Position numbers and translations under genes: made by a program. A stretch of 64,000 nt of DNA from an uncultured Alphaproteobacteria bacterium (lineage in GTDB: Bacteria; Pseudomonadota; Alphaproteobacteria; CAAHEQ01; UBA3637), in assembly GCA_905236245.1 (NCBI GenBank), contig CAJOPC010000004.1, forward strand, positions 6,079-70,078. Reading direction: 5' to 3'. The notes under the pieces were generated by a model. That model was not told the origin of the DNA and ran no database searches. It worked only from the letters and a program-made list of their open reading frames with translations. Position 1 is the stretch's first letter. Each line of letters begins with the position of its first letter. Below, piece by piece: positions 19,592 to 30,160 of the stretch.

Positions 19592-21415
19592 CTACGGCAG
19601 TTTATCGGCCCACAATGTCCACTCATTCTCCGTTTCCGAAATTTGCATTTCCAACTCTTTAATTTGCTTTTGGATATTTGCAAAATCAATTTGATCCGGC
19701 TGCATTAAGGATTGAATCAATAAATCCCGCTCTGAGTGCAGTGTTTCAACCTTCTTTTCCAAGTCTTTTAGGTGTTTTTTTATGTATGGCAATTTTTCCG
19801 TTTTGTCTTTTTTAACAACCGGTTTTGTTTCTACTTTTACCAATTCTTTTTTAACCGTTAGTCCAAGCAATTGATTCTTATAATCTTCCAAATCACCATC
19901 AAATTCTTTACAAGTATGATTATCCACAATCCACAAAGTATCACACACAGATTCCAAAATATGAAAATCATGTGTAATTAAAATGACAGATCCGTTATAG
20001 GCATTAAGGGCATCTGCCAAAGCTTCGCGTCCCTGCATGTCTAAATGGTTTGTGGGCTCATCTAAGATTAAAATTTGAGGCTTATTTAAACAAATTTTGG
20101 CCAATAATAATCTGGCTTTTTCACCACCGGACAAATAACGAATCTGAGTAATAGCTTTATCCGCTGTCAAGCCAAATCTTGCCACATAAGACCGAAGCTC
20201 CGGCTCACGTTTACCAGGCATCATCGGAGCCAAATATGACACGGGTGTTTCCCGTTCAGGCAATTCTTCATTTTGATGTTGATTAAAAAATCCAACCTTA
20301 AATTTAGCAGACTTAATAATACGCCCAGTATCCAAAGAAAGCTGTCCAGCCATCAATTTTGCCAAAGTTGATTTTCCGTTTCCATTTTTCCCCAACAAAG
20401 CAATTCGATCATTATTGCCAATGCTTAGATTCAGCTTTGTCAAAACTGGAATATCTTTTTCATAAGCAAAAGAACCTTCTTGGATTTTCATACACGGGGC
20501 TGGCAACAACTCTGTTTCAGGAAAAGAAAAAACATCTGTTGGTTCCAAATCTACAATAGGCTCATCCTTCAACTTTGCCAACATTTTGATACGGCTTTGT
20601 GCCTGTTTTGCCTTAGTCGCTTTATACCGGAAACGATCAATATACGATTGTAAATGGGCTCGTTTGACCTTTTGTTTTTCGGCCATTTTTAATTGGTTTT
20701 CCCGTTTTTGAGTAAAGGTTGATTGATATGTATCAAAATTACCTTTATACAAAACCAACTGTTTACCTTCAAAATGCAAGATATGATCACATATTGTATT
20801 CAATAAATCTTTATCATGACTAATAATCAATAAAGTTCCCGAATATTTCTTTAAATAATTTTCCAACCATAAAACAGCTTCCAAATCCAAATGGTTAGTC
20901 GGCTCATCCAACAGCAAATAATCCGAAGATTGGAACAAAGCTCCAGCTAAAGCTAATCGCATACGCCATCCACCAGAAAAATCGTGCACCGGTCGAGTTA
21001 AGTCTGATTGAGAAAAACCAAGGCCTGCCAAGATTTCCGCCACCCTTGCTTCGGCCGAATCACTACGCAAAAAATTGAGTTGTTCCATAATTTCCGGCAG
21101 TTCTTCCGGCTGAGCATTTTGTAATTTTTGGCGCCATTTCATTAAAACTTTATCACGCGACAAAACAAATTGCAAAATGGATTCATCTAGATTTTGAATT
21201 TCTTGTTCAACATAGGCAACCTTTTTATTTTTAGGTATATCCACTTCACCAGAAAAATTATCTAATTGTCCCAAAATCACCTTAAATAATGTTGATTTAC
21301 CACATCCATTTTTTCCAACAATACCAATTTTTATACCATCCGCAATCGCTGCGGAGGCATCCTCTAATAAAAGTTGGTTTCCCATCTGCAATCTTATATG
21401 CGAGATTATCAACAT
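19592..21415 (-). CDS. ABC-F family ATPase (Uup/YheS-like, two ABC domains plus C-terminal coiled coil)
   Basis: Two Walker A motifs (GKNGCGKST, GKNGNGKST), two LSGGxxxR signatures, no TM domain, C-terminal charged coiled coil. Confidence 0.85.
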   Translation of the reverse strand: MLIISHIRLQMGNQLLLEDASAAIADGIKIGIVGKNGCGKSTLFKVILGQLDNFSGEVDIPKNKKVAYVEQEIQNLDESILQFVLSRDKVLMKWRQKLQNAQPEELPEIMEQLNFLRSDSAEARVAEILAGLGFSQSDLTRPVHDFSGGWRMRLALAGALFQSSDYLLLDEPTNHLDLEAVLWLENYLKKYSGTLLIISHDKDLLNTICDHILHFEGKQLVLYKGNFDTYQSTFTQKRENQLKMAEKQKVKRAHLQSYIDRFRYKATKAKQAQSRIKMLAKLKDEPIVDLEPTDVFSFPETELLPAPCMKIQEGSFAYEKDIPVLTKLNLSIGNNDRIALLGKNGNGKSTLAKLMAGQLSLDTGRIIKSAKFKVGFFNQHQNEELPERETPVSYLAPMMPGKREPELRSYVARFGLTADKAITQIRYLSGGEKARLLLAKICLNKPQILILDEPTNHLDMQGREALADALNAYNGSVILITHDFHILESVCDTLWIVDNHTCKEFDGDLEDYKNQLLGLTVKKELVKVETKPVVKKDKTEKLPYIKKHLKDLEKKVETLHSERDLLIQSLMQPDQIDFANIQKQIKELEMQISETENEWTLWADKLP

Positions 21416-21507
21416 TTTATTTCCTTTTTAATCTGCTTTATTATATTGAATTTTTTAAAAAAAGTCCAGTGCAAGCTAAAATAAAGGTCTATAGAAACAA
21501 CATTTTT

Positions 21508-22860
21508 CTATTCAACCGCTACCTTTTGCACACATGCCGTGAGGCGCTTATTAAATTTAGCATATAAGCGTTTTCCCCACATTGTCATCAAAATTAAAAA
21601 TAACAATACACGCGACACTGGCAAGGCCCACCATACACCATCCAAACCGAGCCACATCGGCAAAATCAACAAACATATTGGCAAAACACAAAATGTATCT
21701 CCATAAATCAACAAAGAAGAATAAAAGATTTTATTCGTTGCCTGATAATAAGCAGCCGCAACCTGAATTACACCCATAAATAAAAATGACCATGCGGAAA
21801 TACGCAATCCTATAGTGGCTTCTTCGGCAGCCGTTCCATGCACATCAAACAATCTCGGATACCAATCTGCTCCCACATACATTAAACAAACAAAGAACAA
21901 TCCCATAATAAGGGCCATACAATATCCTCTAACTCCCATCCTATTTTGCCGCCAATAGGAACGAGCACCATGGAGATAGGAGACAAGCGGTTGAACCCCC
22001 TGAGCTAAGCCAGAAATAAGTAGCAACAATAATGCCACGACCTCATTTACAACAGCACAAGCCGCTAATCCATCTTCACCGCCATACACCAGCGCTTGAT
22101 AATTATGAAAGGATAAAAAAGCCATCATGGACAATGAAAGCCCAAATGCGGGAATACCAACACGTATAATTTTTACAACATTCGCCCAATGGAATCTAAA
22201 ACACCTTTCCGTCACTGGCAAATGGGACTTTTTCAATTTGAAATAGGCAACGCCTCCTATTGTTTGGACGGTTTCTGCGATAACAATTGCCCACGCAGCT
22301 CCCACTAAACCTAAATTCAAAGGAACAACAAATAAAAAGTCTAGTAAAATATTTAATAATAATCCTGTGACATCCAACATCATTGCAAACCTGGGATGGC
22401 CATCATTTCGAATAACAATAGTCAATCCCGCACACAACATTGTAGTCACGGCGCCCAGACATATCAATCGTCCATAAATATTGGCTTCTGAAAACAACAA
22501 ACCACTGGCCCCCATTTGTCTGAGGAAAAAAGGAAAACAAAAATACATAATCGGGATCAAAACAGCACAAAACACCATTTGAAGGACAACCATCACCCCA
22601 AACACATCAGCAGCTTCCTTCACTTTTTTTGCCCCACGCAACTGACCAACCAAAACACCGGCACCAACACCCGTTAAACTACCGATTGCAGCGAAAAGCA
22701 TTGCTATAGGATAACTAAGATTCAAAGCTGTTAAACTGGTTGTTCCCGCACTATGTCCAACGAAAATTGCATCAATAATAGAATAAGATCCCCAAATCAA
22801 TGTGCTAAACATTGTGGGGATAACATAATAAAAAAATAATTTTAAATCACCAAAGCGCAT
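21508..22860 (-). CDS. MATE family efflux transporter
   Basis: 12 TM helices, 450 aa, typical MATE topology. Confidence 0.75.
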   Translation of the reverse strand: MRFGDLKLFFYYVIPTMFSTLIWGSYSIIDAIFVGHSAGTTSLTALNLSYPIAMLFAAIGSLTGVGAGVLVGQLRGAKKVKEAADVFGVMVVLQMVFCAVLIPIMYFCFPFFLRQMGASGLLFSEANIYGRLICLGAVTTMLCAGLTIVIRNDGHPRFAMMLDVTGLLLNILLDFLFVVPLNLGLVGAAWAIVIAETVQTIGGVAYFKLKKSHLPVTERCFRFHWANVVKIIRVGIPAFGLSLSMMAFLSFHNYQALVYGGEDGLAACAVVNEVVALLLLLISGLAQGVQPLVSYLHGARSYWRQNRMGVRGYCMALIMGLFFVCLMYVGADWYPRLFDVHGTAAEEATIGLRISAWSFLFMGVIQVAAAYYQATNKIFYSSLLIYGDTFCVLPICLLILPMWLGLDGVWWALPVSRVLLFLILMTMWGKRLYAKFNKRLTACVQKVAVE

Positions 22861-22906
22861 CTGATCCCTTTTTTAAGGAACAGCATACAAAATTTTTATA
22901 TCCCTG

Positions 22907-23326
22907 TCAATAAGATTCCATTTCCAAAAAACCATCTTGGTTTTCAATTGCTTCAATCTCTCGAGCAATGGATGGATAAAGTTCTGAATTTGACGCCGGT
23001 AAAAATCTCAAATCTCCATGCTTTTCCGGTTCATTATTTTTTATCTCACCCTGATACTTTTTAACCTCAAAGAAAAAACTAATATGCATTTTCTCCGGTT
23101 TAACAAGCCTAAATTTTAAATCTTCGGGCAATACATCAATATCTAACTCTTCTTTTAATTCCCTTACTGCTGCATGCACAACACTTTCACCTTCATCCAC
23201 ATGACCGCCAGGCATCATATACCATCCATCTTTGGCCCCTGTATGTGTTCGCTTTTGGAAAAGGTAATCACTTCCTTTTTTAATTATAAAAATCACAGCC
23301 ACTTTTTTATTACAATATTCTGCCAT
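22907..23326 (-). CDS. NUDIX hydrolase
   Basis: GGHVDEGESVVHAAVRELKEELDI Nudix box. Confidence 0.7.
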   Translation of the reverse strand: MAEYCNKKVAVIFIIKKGSDYLFQKRTHTGAKDGWYMMPGGHVDEGESVVHAAVRELKEELDIDVLPEDLKFRLVKPEKMHISFFFEVKKYQGEIKNNEPEKHGDLRFLPASNSELYPSIAREIEAIENQDGFLEMESY

Positions 23327-23440
23327 TTTTCATCCTTCCTTTTTCAATTCAACTTTACTTTTTATAACATAAGATATCAAGGAAAATTGACTTTTTCCGA
23401 TTTCTATGATATAATTTCCCCGTATTTACACAGGATTTAA

Positions 23441-24847
23441 ATGGTTCAAAAAATAAATTTTTCTGCAGATGATCTCAAAATACTCGCTCATGTGCTGGGC
23501 GAATTGAAAATGACTTGTCGTCCGTCTTTTAAACAGATACAGCCTATTGTCCAAATTAAACCTGCCGAACAAGAATTTGGCGCCGAAAACGGCATTTACA
23601 CACTGGACGAACTGAATAATTTATCCCAAACAAATCAATTTTTACCAGCCCATATTGACGCTATAAAAATGAATGGAACTTCGTGGTTTTATTCAGATGA
23701 CGAACCATTTGATTTTTATTCCACAAAAGCCCGGGTTATATTGAGCTTTGCCCCACAACGCATGCTTGATCCTAAAATTCTGAAAAACAAATCCATTTAT
23801 CACCATATACAAAAAATGTTGGCGACTCTTAGTTTACAGGGCAATTTATCCGAGCAAGAAGTTTTACAATTTTTCCCCGAAAATATTTGTCGCAAGATAT
23901 ATGAGCTGGATCCGCCCAGAGAGCACATTTTGAACACGCTCATGAGCAGTATTGAACAAGTTCGCCGAGTTCTTTTCTTGCATTTATTAGCACATCATAC
24001 CAACGATATTCAACAATTACCGGAATTTCAAAAATTTCAACAAAATACCGTTAATTCGCCCAATCTTTTAAAACAATTTTTAAAAAAAGATTATATGGGA
24101 TTTATATTAGCAGAACGTTGGGGATACATTTCCAACGCCAAACAACTTATTTCTTATCAACAACTTAGAGATGTGCCACGTCACCCGTCAAAACTGATGC
24201 CTGATCCTATATTAGCACCGGATTTTGACCCGGCGGCTTTAAGCGATAACGATCAAAATCGTTGGCTTTACCATATGGGCTATCCTTTACAAAACCCAAC
24301 ACAGCTTTACCAAGATTTTAAAAATGCGCTTTCTTTTGTCGCACCTCAAAAAAACAAAAATGTCGTTTCTTATGATGATGCTATGAGCGCTATTTGGTCA
24401 TACCAAAGTATCGAACAATTCAAACAAATTTTAGCGGCCTACCCTCGAGAAAAAAAATTAGAAACATTTTTAACTAAGCATTTTCCAACGGAAATTTCCA
24501 CAGATAATGTTATCATAGAACATCCAAATAATACTCAAAGCCCTGAACAAGTCACACATTTTGACTCATTTTATATCCGGGGAAAAGGTGTCGCTTCTGA
24601 TAAATCTGCAAAAAAACAAACGGACGGATCATTACTCCTCAAAGAAAGTGAATTTCACGATTGGCTCACCCACAGCAATACCAATGCGCATGCTAATTCC
24701 GGTTACCAAGGAAGTGCCAAAATCTTATCCCAAGATCTTCATCTTTTAATGGCTTTTGTGGACACACTCCAAGAAGCTCATGATAGAAAAAGAGGAGTCT
24801 CTCTCAATGGCTTTATACGTCAAAAAAAACAAACTGTTCAAAATTAA
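23441..24847 (+). CDS. Hypothetical protein (468 aa)
   Basis: Long ORF with no recognisable motifs. It could be an orphan or effector-like protein. Confidence 0.45.
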   Translation: MVQKINFSADDLKILAHVLGELKMTCRPSFKQIQPIVQIKPAEQEFGAENGIYTLDELNNLSQTNQFLPAHIDAIKMNGTSWFYSDDEPFDFYSTKARVILSFAPQRMLDPKILKNKSIYHHIQKMLATLSLQGNLSEQEVLQFFPENICRKIYELDPPREHILNTLMSSIEQVRRVLFLHLLAHHTNDIQQLPEFQKFQQNTVNSPNLLKQFLKKDYMGFILAERWGYISNAKQLISYQQLRDVPRHPSKLMPDPILAPDFDPAALSDNDQNRWLYHMGYPLQNPTQLYQDFKNALSFVAPQKNKNVVSYDDAMSAIWSYQSIEQFKQILAAYPREKKLETFLTKHFPTEISTDNVIIEHPNNTQSPEQVTHFDSFYIRGKGVASDKSAKKQTDGSLLLKESEFHDWLTHSNTNAHANSGYQGSAKILSQDLHLLMAFVDTLQEAHDRKRGVSLNGFIRQKKQTVQN

Positions 24848-27099
24848 ATAGAACGTTTTGAATTGCCGGACATAGTGCCAGCTATTTTTGTGCCAGATTT
24901 AATCTTATCCCATAATTCATGCACTTTGGCTGCGGTATAGGGGCGATTTACAAAATCTACTCGATAAAAATCCGCATCCACTTCTTTGCGTTCTTCCCCA
25001 ATATAAAAAGCATGTTCACTATAAAGGGTTAGTTGGCAATTTTTAATAGCGGCAAAATAGGTCTGTCCTCCGTTTTTAAGAGGTATCACACACGCTGATT
25101 TATCACAAGTTTTACAAGCGTTTTTTATGCAATTTGCACTAATGAATAATGGTACATCTTGATACACGACCATTGTCATTGGAAGGGCCGAAGTTTTTGC
25201 CACAGCTTGCATATTTTCCAATGTATCTTCCACCGACAAAGTTATTCTTCCTGCTCCCAATTCTTTGGCAAATTGTGTGCTTTCTCGGTTCAACATGTAA
25301 AATGGCGCATCAAAGGTCAAATCGATTCCTTTGGTCGGCAGCATTTCCAATCCCCACCAGTTGGCGATTTCCCATTTATGATAACCTCCCGCTAATACCT
25401 TTTGAATCAACTTGGCATATTGTTGTGGTTCACGCACCACCGTTGGCAAGGCCAAACGCACTTTGTTTTTGGGTAATTTTCTCAAAGTTTCTAAATCAAA
25501 CTCTGGACTTATTTGAATGATAATTTCAAAAAACTCATCAGGATTTAACTCAGCAATTTTTTGCAAATCATCTGTTTTTAAAAGCCATTTTGTATCTGCT
25601 TTTTTATGCGTTGTTGTAAGGGGTAAAACGCCATGTTTTGCTTCAACCACAATGTCATTATATAAGTCACGGCGCAGATTATTTAATGCCGAAATCGGCA
25701 CAAAAATATCGGCTTTATTTTCCACCTCAACCTGCGCAGAAAATGCATAATCATTATCTTTTTGGAAGGTCTTGATAGTGGAATCAATCATTTTTTGTAC
25801 ATTTTCAGCCGAAGCAAAATCACCCGTTAAAGTTTTTAAAACACCTTGAGCTGAAGCTACAACTTTTCCCTTTTCGAAAGTAACTTTCACATCTACCACA
25901 GGACGCGTTTTATATTGCCCTGGTTTTGGCTTTTCAAAATCATAAGCACCTTTCACGCGACTGGACGAAGCCAAATAAACAGGAGCGCCCTTTGGCATAA
26001 ACGGGCTATGCGGCGGCAATAAAATCTGAACATGTTGACCAGCCTTTGCCTCGAACACGGACTTATGATTTATGGTCATTTCCTGCACAGAAAATCCAAA
26101 TGGTTTTTCATCATTTGGCAGGTCTATTTGCAAACCATCATAACGCGCCACAGGATGAGTTGGCGTAAAGCATAACTGACGCCCGAGAACAGCTTCCACT
26201 TTGCCGATGACAAGGCCTCGATGTCCCACAAAATCAGGATCAATGACCTCATTGTTTTTGCCGTTAAAATGAAAGGTGGTCCAGGCACGTGAAAAGATTT
26301 GCTTAATATTTTCTGCCCGCTTTGGATCAGCATGCCCTGTGTCCAAAATCTGACGATAATAATCCACCACAGCGGCCACATACAGGGCTTTTTTCTTGCG
26401 GCCTTCAATCTTCAAAGAAGTGACAGGCATTTTCAAAATCGCCTCATCAAGCGCCATATCTTTCATGGAAAAACAATGTGTTTCCTTATCGCCTTTTTGA
26501 AACAAAGCGCGACACGGATATTGGCATTTGCCACGATTGGCACTACGGCCACCGACCATGGATGAGAACAAACATAACCCACTATATGCATAACACAAAG
26601 CCCCATGAATAAAGGCTTCTGTTTCCAACCCAGGAATAGCGGCTATTTCAGCAATTTCCTTTTGAGTCAATTCACGTGCCAATACCACACGAGAAAAACC
26701 AAGTTTCTTTAAAGCCAACGCCCCTTCTTTATTATGCACAGCCATCTGCGTGCTGGCATGCAAAACTAATTCTGGATAGCTTTCTTTAATAACGCGCGCC
26801 ACACCCATATCTTGCAAAATAATGCCATCCACATGTGCCGCAGAACACACATCCAAAGTTTGCAATAAAGCATCCAATTCGCGTTCTTGAATCACGGTAT
26901 TCACGGTCACATAAACTTTGCGATTCAAATGGTGCGCATACGCGGTAAATTCATTTAACTCTTGCGGTGTGAAATTGGTTGCCCCGGCTCTAGCCGAAAA
27001 ACTTTTAAGGCCTAAATAAACAGCATCTGCCCCAAAATAAAGGGCAGCATATCCGGCTTCTAAATCACCCGCAGGCGCTAATAATTCTGGCTTTTTCAT
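24844..27099 (-). CDS. Peptidase U32 family protein (collagenase-like, YhbU/YegQ/RlhA-type)
   Basis: MKKPELLAPAGD...AVYLG N-terminus typical of U32, with a long C-terminal extension. The start is set at the MKKPELL Met (27097-27099 rev). Confidence 0.8.
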   Translation of the reverse strand: MKKPELLAPAGDLEAGYAALYFGADAVYLGLKSFSARAGATNFTPQELNEFTAYAHHLNRKVYVTVNTVIQERELDALLQTLDVCSAAHVDGIILQDMGVARVIKESYPELVLHASTQMAVHNKEGALALKKLGFSRVVLARELTQKEIAEIAAIPGLETEAFIHGALCYAYSGLCLFSSMVGGRSANRGKCQYPCRALFQKGDKETHCFSMKDMALDEAILKMPVTSLKIEGRKKKALYVAAVVDYYRQILDTGHADPKRAENIKQIFSRAWTTFHFNGKNNEVIDPDFVGHRGLVIGKVEAVLGRQLCFTPTHPVARYDGLQIDLPNDEKPFGFSVQEMTINHKSVFEAKAGQHVQILLPPHSPFMPKGAPVYLASSSRVKGAYDFEKPKPGQYKTRPVVDVKVTFEKGKVVASAQGVLKTLTGDFASAENVQKMIDSTIKTFQKDNDYAFSAQVEVENKADIFVPISALNNLRRDLYNDIVVEAKHGVLPLTTTHKKADTKWLLKTDDLQKIAELNPDEFFEIIIQISPEFDLETLRKLPKNKVRLALPTVVREPQQYAKLIQKVLAGGYHKWEIANWWGLEMLPTKGIDLTFDAPFYMLNRESTQFAKELGAGRITLSVEDTLENMQAVAKTSALPMTMVVYQDVPLFISANCIKNACKTCDKSACVIPLKNGGQTYFAAIKNCQLTLYSEHAFYIGEERKEVDADFYRVDFVNRPYTAAKVHELWDKIKSGTKIAGTMSGNSKRSI

Positions 27100-27161
27100 G
27101 GGAGTTATTATAACATAAAAACGTCCAAAAGTCAAAAAGATGACTTACAAAACCATTTCCT

Positions 27162-27773
27162 TCAATAAAGATTTCTCTCTTGCCCGATTGTAGTAGGAGC
27201 TCCATGTCCTGGATACACAGGAGTTGCATCCGGCAATTTTTTAAATAATTTTGATAAACTTTCCCGCATTGCGTTTTCGTCACTTTCCCGCAAATCCGTT
27301 CGACCACAAGTTCCTTGAAACAAAGTATCTCCCGAAAATAGATTCTTATCTATTAAATAACACACACCACCCATCGTATGGCCCGGCGTTTCAATAATCT
27401 CTATAGGATAACCACCAACTTTAAACTTTGATGTTAAATCAAAAAAATTCAATTGCGGTTGTTCAACCTCTTGAAAATGCAGCATATTTATATATTCATT
27501 GACGCGTTCAACAAGGGCGGCATCCTTTTCATAACAAAAAGCCTTTAATCCATATTTATTTAAATAATAATTCACACCCAAAATATGGTCAAAATGTGCA
27601 TGTGTAATTAAAATATATTCTAATTTCAGATTGTTTTTTTTGACCCAGTTCATTATTTCATCATCCGGAGACGAACAATCAATTAAAACAGCTGTCTTTT
27701 TTTCATCATCTGCAACAATATAATTATTATTTCTTAACGGGGGTTTGATAAATTGTTTAACCAACAAACTCAT
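27162..27773 (-). CDS. MBL-fold metallo-hydrolase (GloB-like hydroxyacylglutathione hydrolase)
   Basis: THAHFDH zinc-binding motif. 203 aa. Confidence 0.75.
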   Translation of the reverse strand: MSLLVKQFIKPPLRNNNYIVADDEKKTAVLIDCSSPDDEIMNWVKKNNLKLEYILITHAHFDHILGVNYYLNKYGLKAFCYEKDAALVERVNEYINMLHFQEVEQPQLNFFDLTSKFKVGGYPIEIIETPGHTMGGVCYLIDKNLFSGDTLFQGTCGRTDLRESDENAMRESLSKLFKKLPDATPVYPGHGAPTTIGQERNLY

Positions 27774-28177
27774 TTGTCATCACTTTTTGCTTCATTATTT
27801 TTCACAAAATCAACAACATACTCATCAAATTCTTTTTGTGTTTCTGAACTCCAACCAAGAATATAATGATCGCCCATACAGAACAAAGGTGTGCCAAACT
27901 GGGATTTATTCAGCTTAAATTTTGCAACACAAGCAAGAGCCAAATCCAAATTATAACGAGAAGTGACATCCCGCCACTGTATTTTGAGATTCGGATATTT
28001 GCGGGTCAGATCCCGTTTGGCAGCCTCACAATGTATACAACCTTGCCGTGTGAACACATAAATTTGGTCTGGTTTTAACTCATTAATCGACAGCGCCTGA
28101 ACACCTTTACTAAAGCTCAAGCAGGAACAAAACACGATCCAAATAGAGAATAAAACCCTATACATGAAACTACTCAA
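27770..28177 (-). CDS. Secreted glutaredoxin/thioredoxin-fold protein (CxxC)
   Basis: Signal peptide, CIHC active site, and a C-terminal TPLFCMGDHYILGW glutaredoxin-like motif. Confidence 0.6.
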   Translation of the reverse strand: MSSFMYRVLFSIWIVFCSCLSFSKGVQALSINELKPDQIYVFTRQGCIHCEAAKRDLTRKYPNLKIQWRDVTSRYNLDLALACVAKFKLNKSQFGTPLFCMGDHYILGWSSETQKEFDEYVVDFVKNNEAKSDDK

Positions 28178-28748
28178 TGCAACAATCCACGGCTTTACGC
28201 ACTACGGATTTCAACCGGCCGAACAAAGAATTACTAACAGGGGCTTCCGCTTCTTTTTTAACAGGCGCCGCAACCTTTAAAGCTTCGACTTCCTTCTTCA
28301 CAGCGTCCAAATCATCGGGCTTCCATTGAATATCTTTGGCATCGACTAAATTCATATTCAATCCCCAGAAAAGGCAATACAGGTCATATGCATTATTGAA
28401 TAATTGATAAGCCTCTTCCTTATTACCCATGGATTGTTGTTTAGTTCCAACTTCCATTAAACGCATAGCTGTCGCCAATAAGTGTTTAGAAATACACCAA
28501 ACTTCTCCTTCGTAACTCGGAATAATCTTTTGCATTAAATTCTTGCGCAATTCCCGCACATCTTGAACCATATCATAAAACGAATTTTTACCTGTTTTAG
28601 CTCCAGAAAAAATTAAATGCTCTTCAATAGAAATCAAATTCATAATTGCAATAGTCAAGTCCTGATCCGAAGACAAATCCTTTGGATTTTTCTTTTTTGC
28701 CTGATCAACACGTTCTACGAATTCCTTAACGCTTTCTGCTTTTTTCAT
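28170..28748 (-). CDS. Hypothetical protein (192 aa)
   Basis: The ORF overlaps the next gene by 8 nt, so it is probably in an operon. Confidence 0.45.
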   Translation of the reverse strand: MKKAESVKEFVERVDQAKKKNPKDLSSDQDLTIAIMNLISIEEHLIFSGAKTGKNSFYDMVQDVRELRKNLMQKIIPSYEGEVWCISKHLLATAMRLMEVGTKQQSMGNKEEAYQLFNNAYDLYCLFWGLNMNLVDAKDIQWKPDDLDAVKKEVEALKVAAPVKKEAEAPVSNSLFGRLKSVVRKAVDCCIE

Positions 28749-28894
28749 ATGAGCTCCTTTCCTCGTTTATCTAAGGATAGTATCATACCCAAGAAAAAAT
28801 CAAAAAGCAAGTTATTTTTCTTGTAAAAGTTTGTGACAAAGGTTGCATTGAAATAAATTCCAAATTATATTGATACATGAAAAGGAGAATCGCC

Positions 28895-29497
28895 ATGGAC
28901 TTGCAAGCTTTATTTAAAATTTCGCACGGAGTTTATTTAACCGGTGCAAAAGACGACCAAAACCATCTAATCGGCAGTTGTATTGACTCTGTTATGGTCG
29001 TAGAAGCAGATCCCCAACAAGTCATTGTTTCAATGAACAATGCCTCCTACACTATGGAAAATATCCTTAAAACCGGAGAATTAACTTTATCTGTTTTGCC
29101 GGCAAATACACCTAATCAAATTATGGAATTATTTGGCATGCACACTTCCCGTAATACGAATAAATGGGAAAATACGGAACATATTCTTTACCATGATTTA
29201 CCAGTTTACAAAGATTCCGTTGCCTACATGTATCTAAAGGTCAAGGAAACATTTACAACATCCGGACATCATGTTTTTTTGTGCGATGTTATCGCGGGCG
29301 AAGCCGGGACAATGCAAGAGCCTCTTCTCTATGCCTCTTATCAAGCGCGCAAAACGCCTTCCACCAATACGCCGACACATTGGAAATGCAGTATTTGTGG
29401 CTATATTTATGATGGTAATATTCCATTTGAAGAGTTACCGGATGATTGGGTTTGCCCATTATGTAATCAAGGTAAAAGCGTCTTTATAAAAGAGTAA
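28895..29497 (+). CDS. Flavin reductase-like domain fused to a C-terminal rubredoxin (high-molecular-weight rubredoxin)
   Basis: The C-terminus has two C-x2-C pairs ([12 protein letters not shown]...[10 protein letters not shown]) matching the rubredoxin signature. The N-terminus looks like a flavin reductase. RBS AAAGGAGAA before the Met at 28895. Confidence 0.75.
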   Translation: MDLQALFKISHGVYLTGAKDDQNHLIGSCIDSVMVVEADPQQVIVSMNNASYTMENILKTGELTLSVLPANTPNQIMELFGMHTSRNTNKWENTEHILYHDLPVYKDSVAYMYLKVKETFTTSGHHVFLCDVIAGEAGTMQEPLLYASYQARKTPSTNTPTHWKCSICGYIYDGNIPFEELPDDWVCPLCNQGKSVFIKE

Positions 29498-29499
29498 AA

Positions 29500-30150
29500 T
29501 CAATTTAATACGCACCCGAACAATACCGCGAAAAAGTGCATAACTGTTCCTGCCAACACCATAAAGTGCCAAATAGCGTGCGTATATTTTTTACTTTTCA
29601 TCACATAAAATATAATGCCCAAAGTATAACAAAGGCCACCTAAAATTAAAAAAGTTAAAGCGATACTGGGCAGTTCTTGAAACACCCGTTTAGAGGCAAA
29701 AATGACCAACCATCCCATTAATAAATAAAGGCCTATCGACCACAATTTTGTCCCCGAACCGCTTAAGGTTAGTTTTAAGATCGTTCCTAAAATAGCTAAT
29801 CCCCAAATAATACCAAAAATTGTCCAACCTAATGCTCCATGCAAAGTCACCAATGTAAAAGGAGTATAAGTTCCCGCAATCAAATAATAAATTGCAATAT
29901 GATCAAATTTTTTTAAAACCTTTTTAGCATGTTCATTTGGCACAGCATGATATAAAGTTGATGCCGAATATAACAACACCATGCTCACCCCAAAAATAAC
30001 TGTGGAAACAACAGTCCAAGCATTTCCCTTAATGGCAGATAAAGCCGCCAAAATGACCAAAGCGGCGATAGATAAAATGATTCCTATTCCGTGGATAACA
30101 CAATGCCAAATTTCCTCACCGATTGTATAAGAACGCTTTACCGTATCCAT
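29500..30150 (-). CDS. Hemolysin III family (PAQR) membrane protein
   Basis: Seven TM helices with conserved His residues (HCVIHGIG...HAIWH...H). Confidence 0.75.
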   Translation of the reverse strand: MDTVKRSYTIGEEIWHCVIHGIGIILSIAALVILAALSAIKGNAWTVVSTVIFGVSMVLLYSASTLYHAVPNEHAKKVLKKFDHIAIYYLIAGTYTPFTLVTLHGALGWTIFGIIWGLAILGTILKLTLSGSGTKLWSIGLYLLMGWLVIFASKRVFQELPSIALTFLILGGLCYTLGIIFYVMKSKKYTHAIWHFMVLAGTVMHFFAVLFGCVLN

Positions 30151-30160
30151 CGCCCCCCCC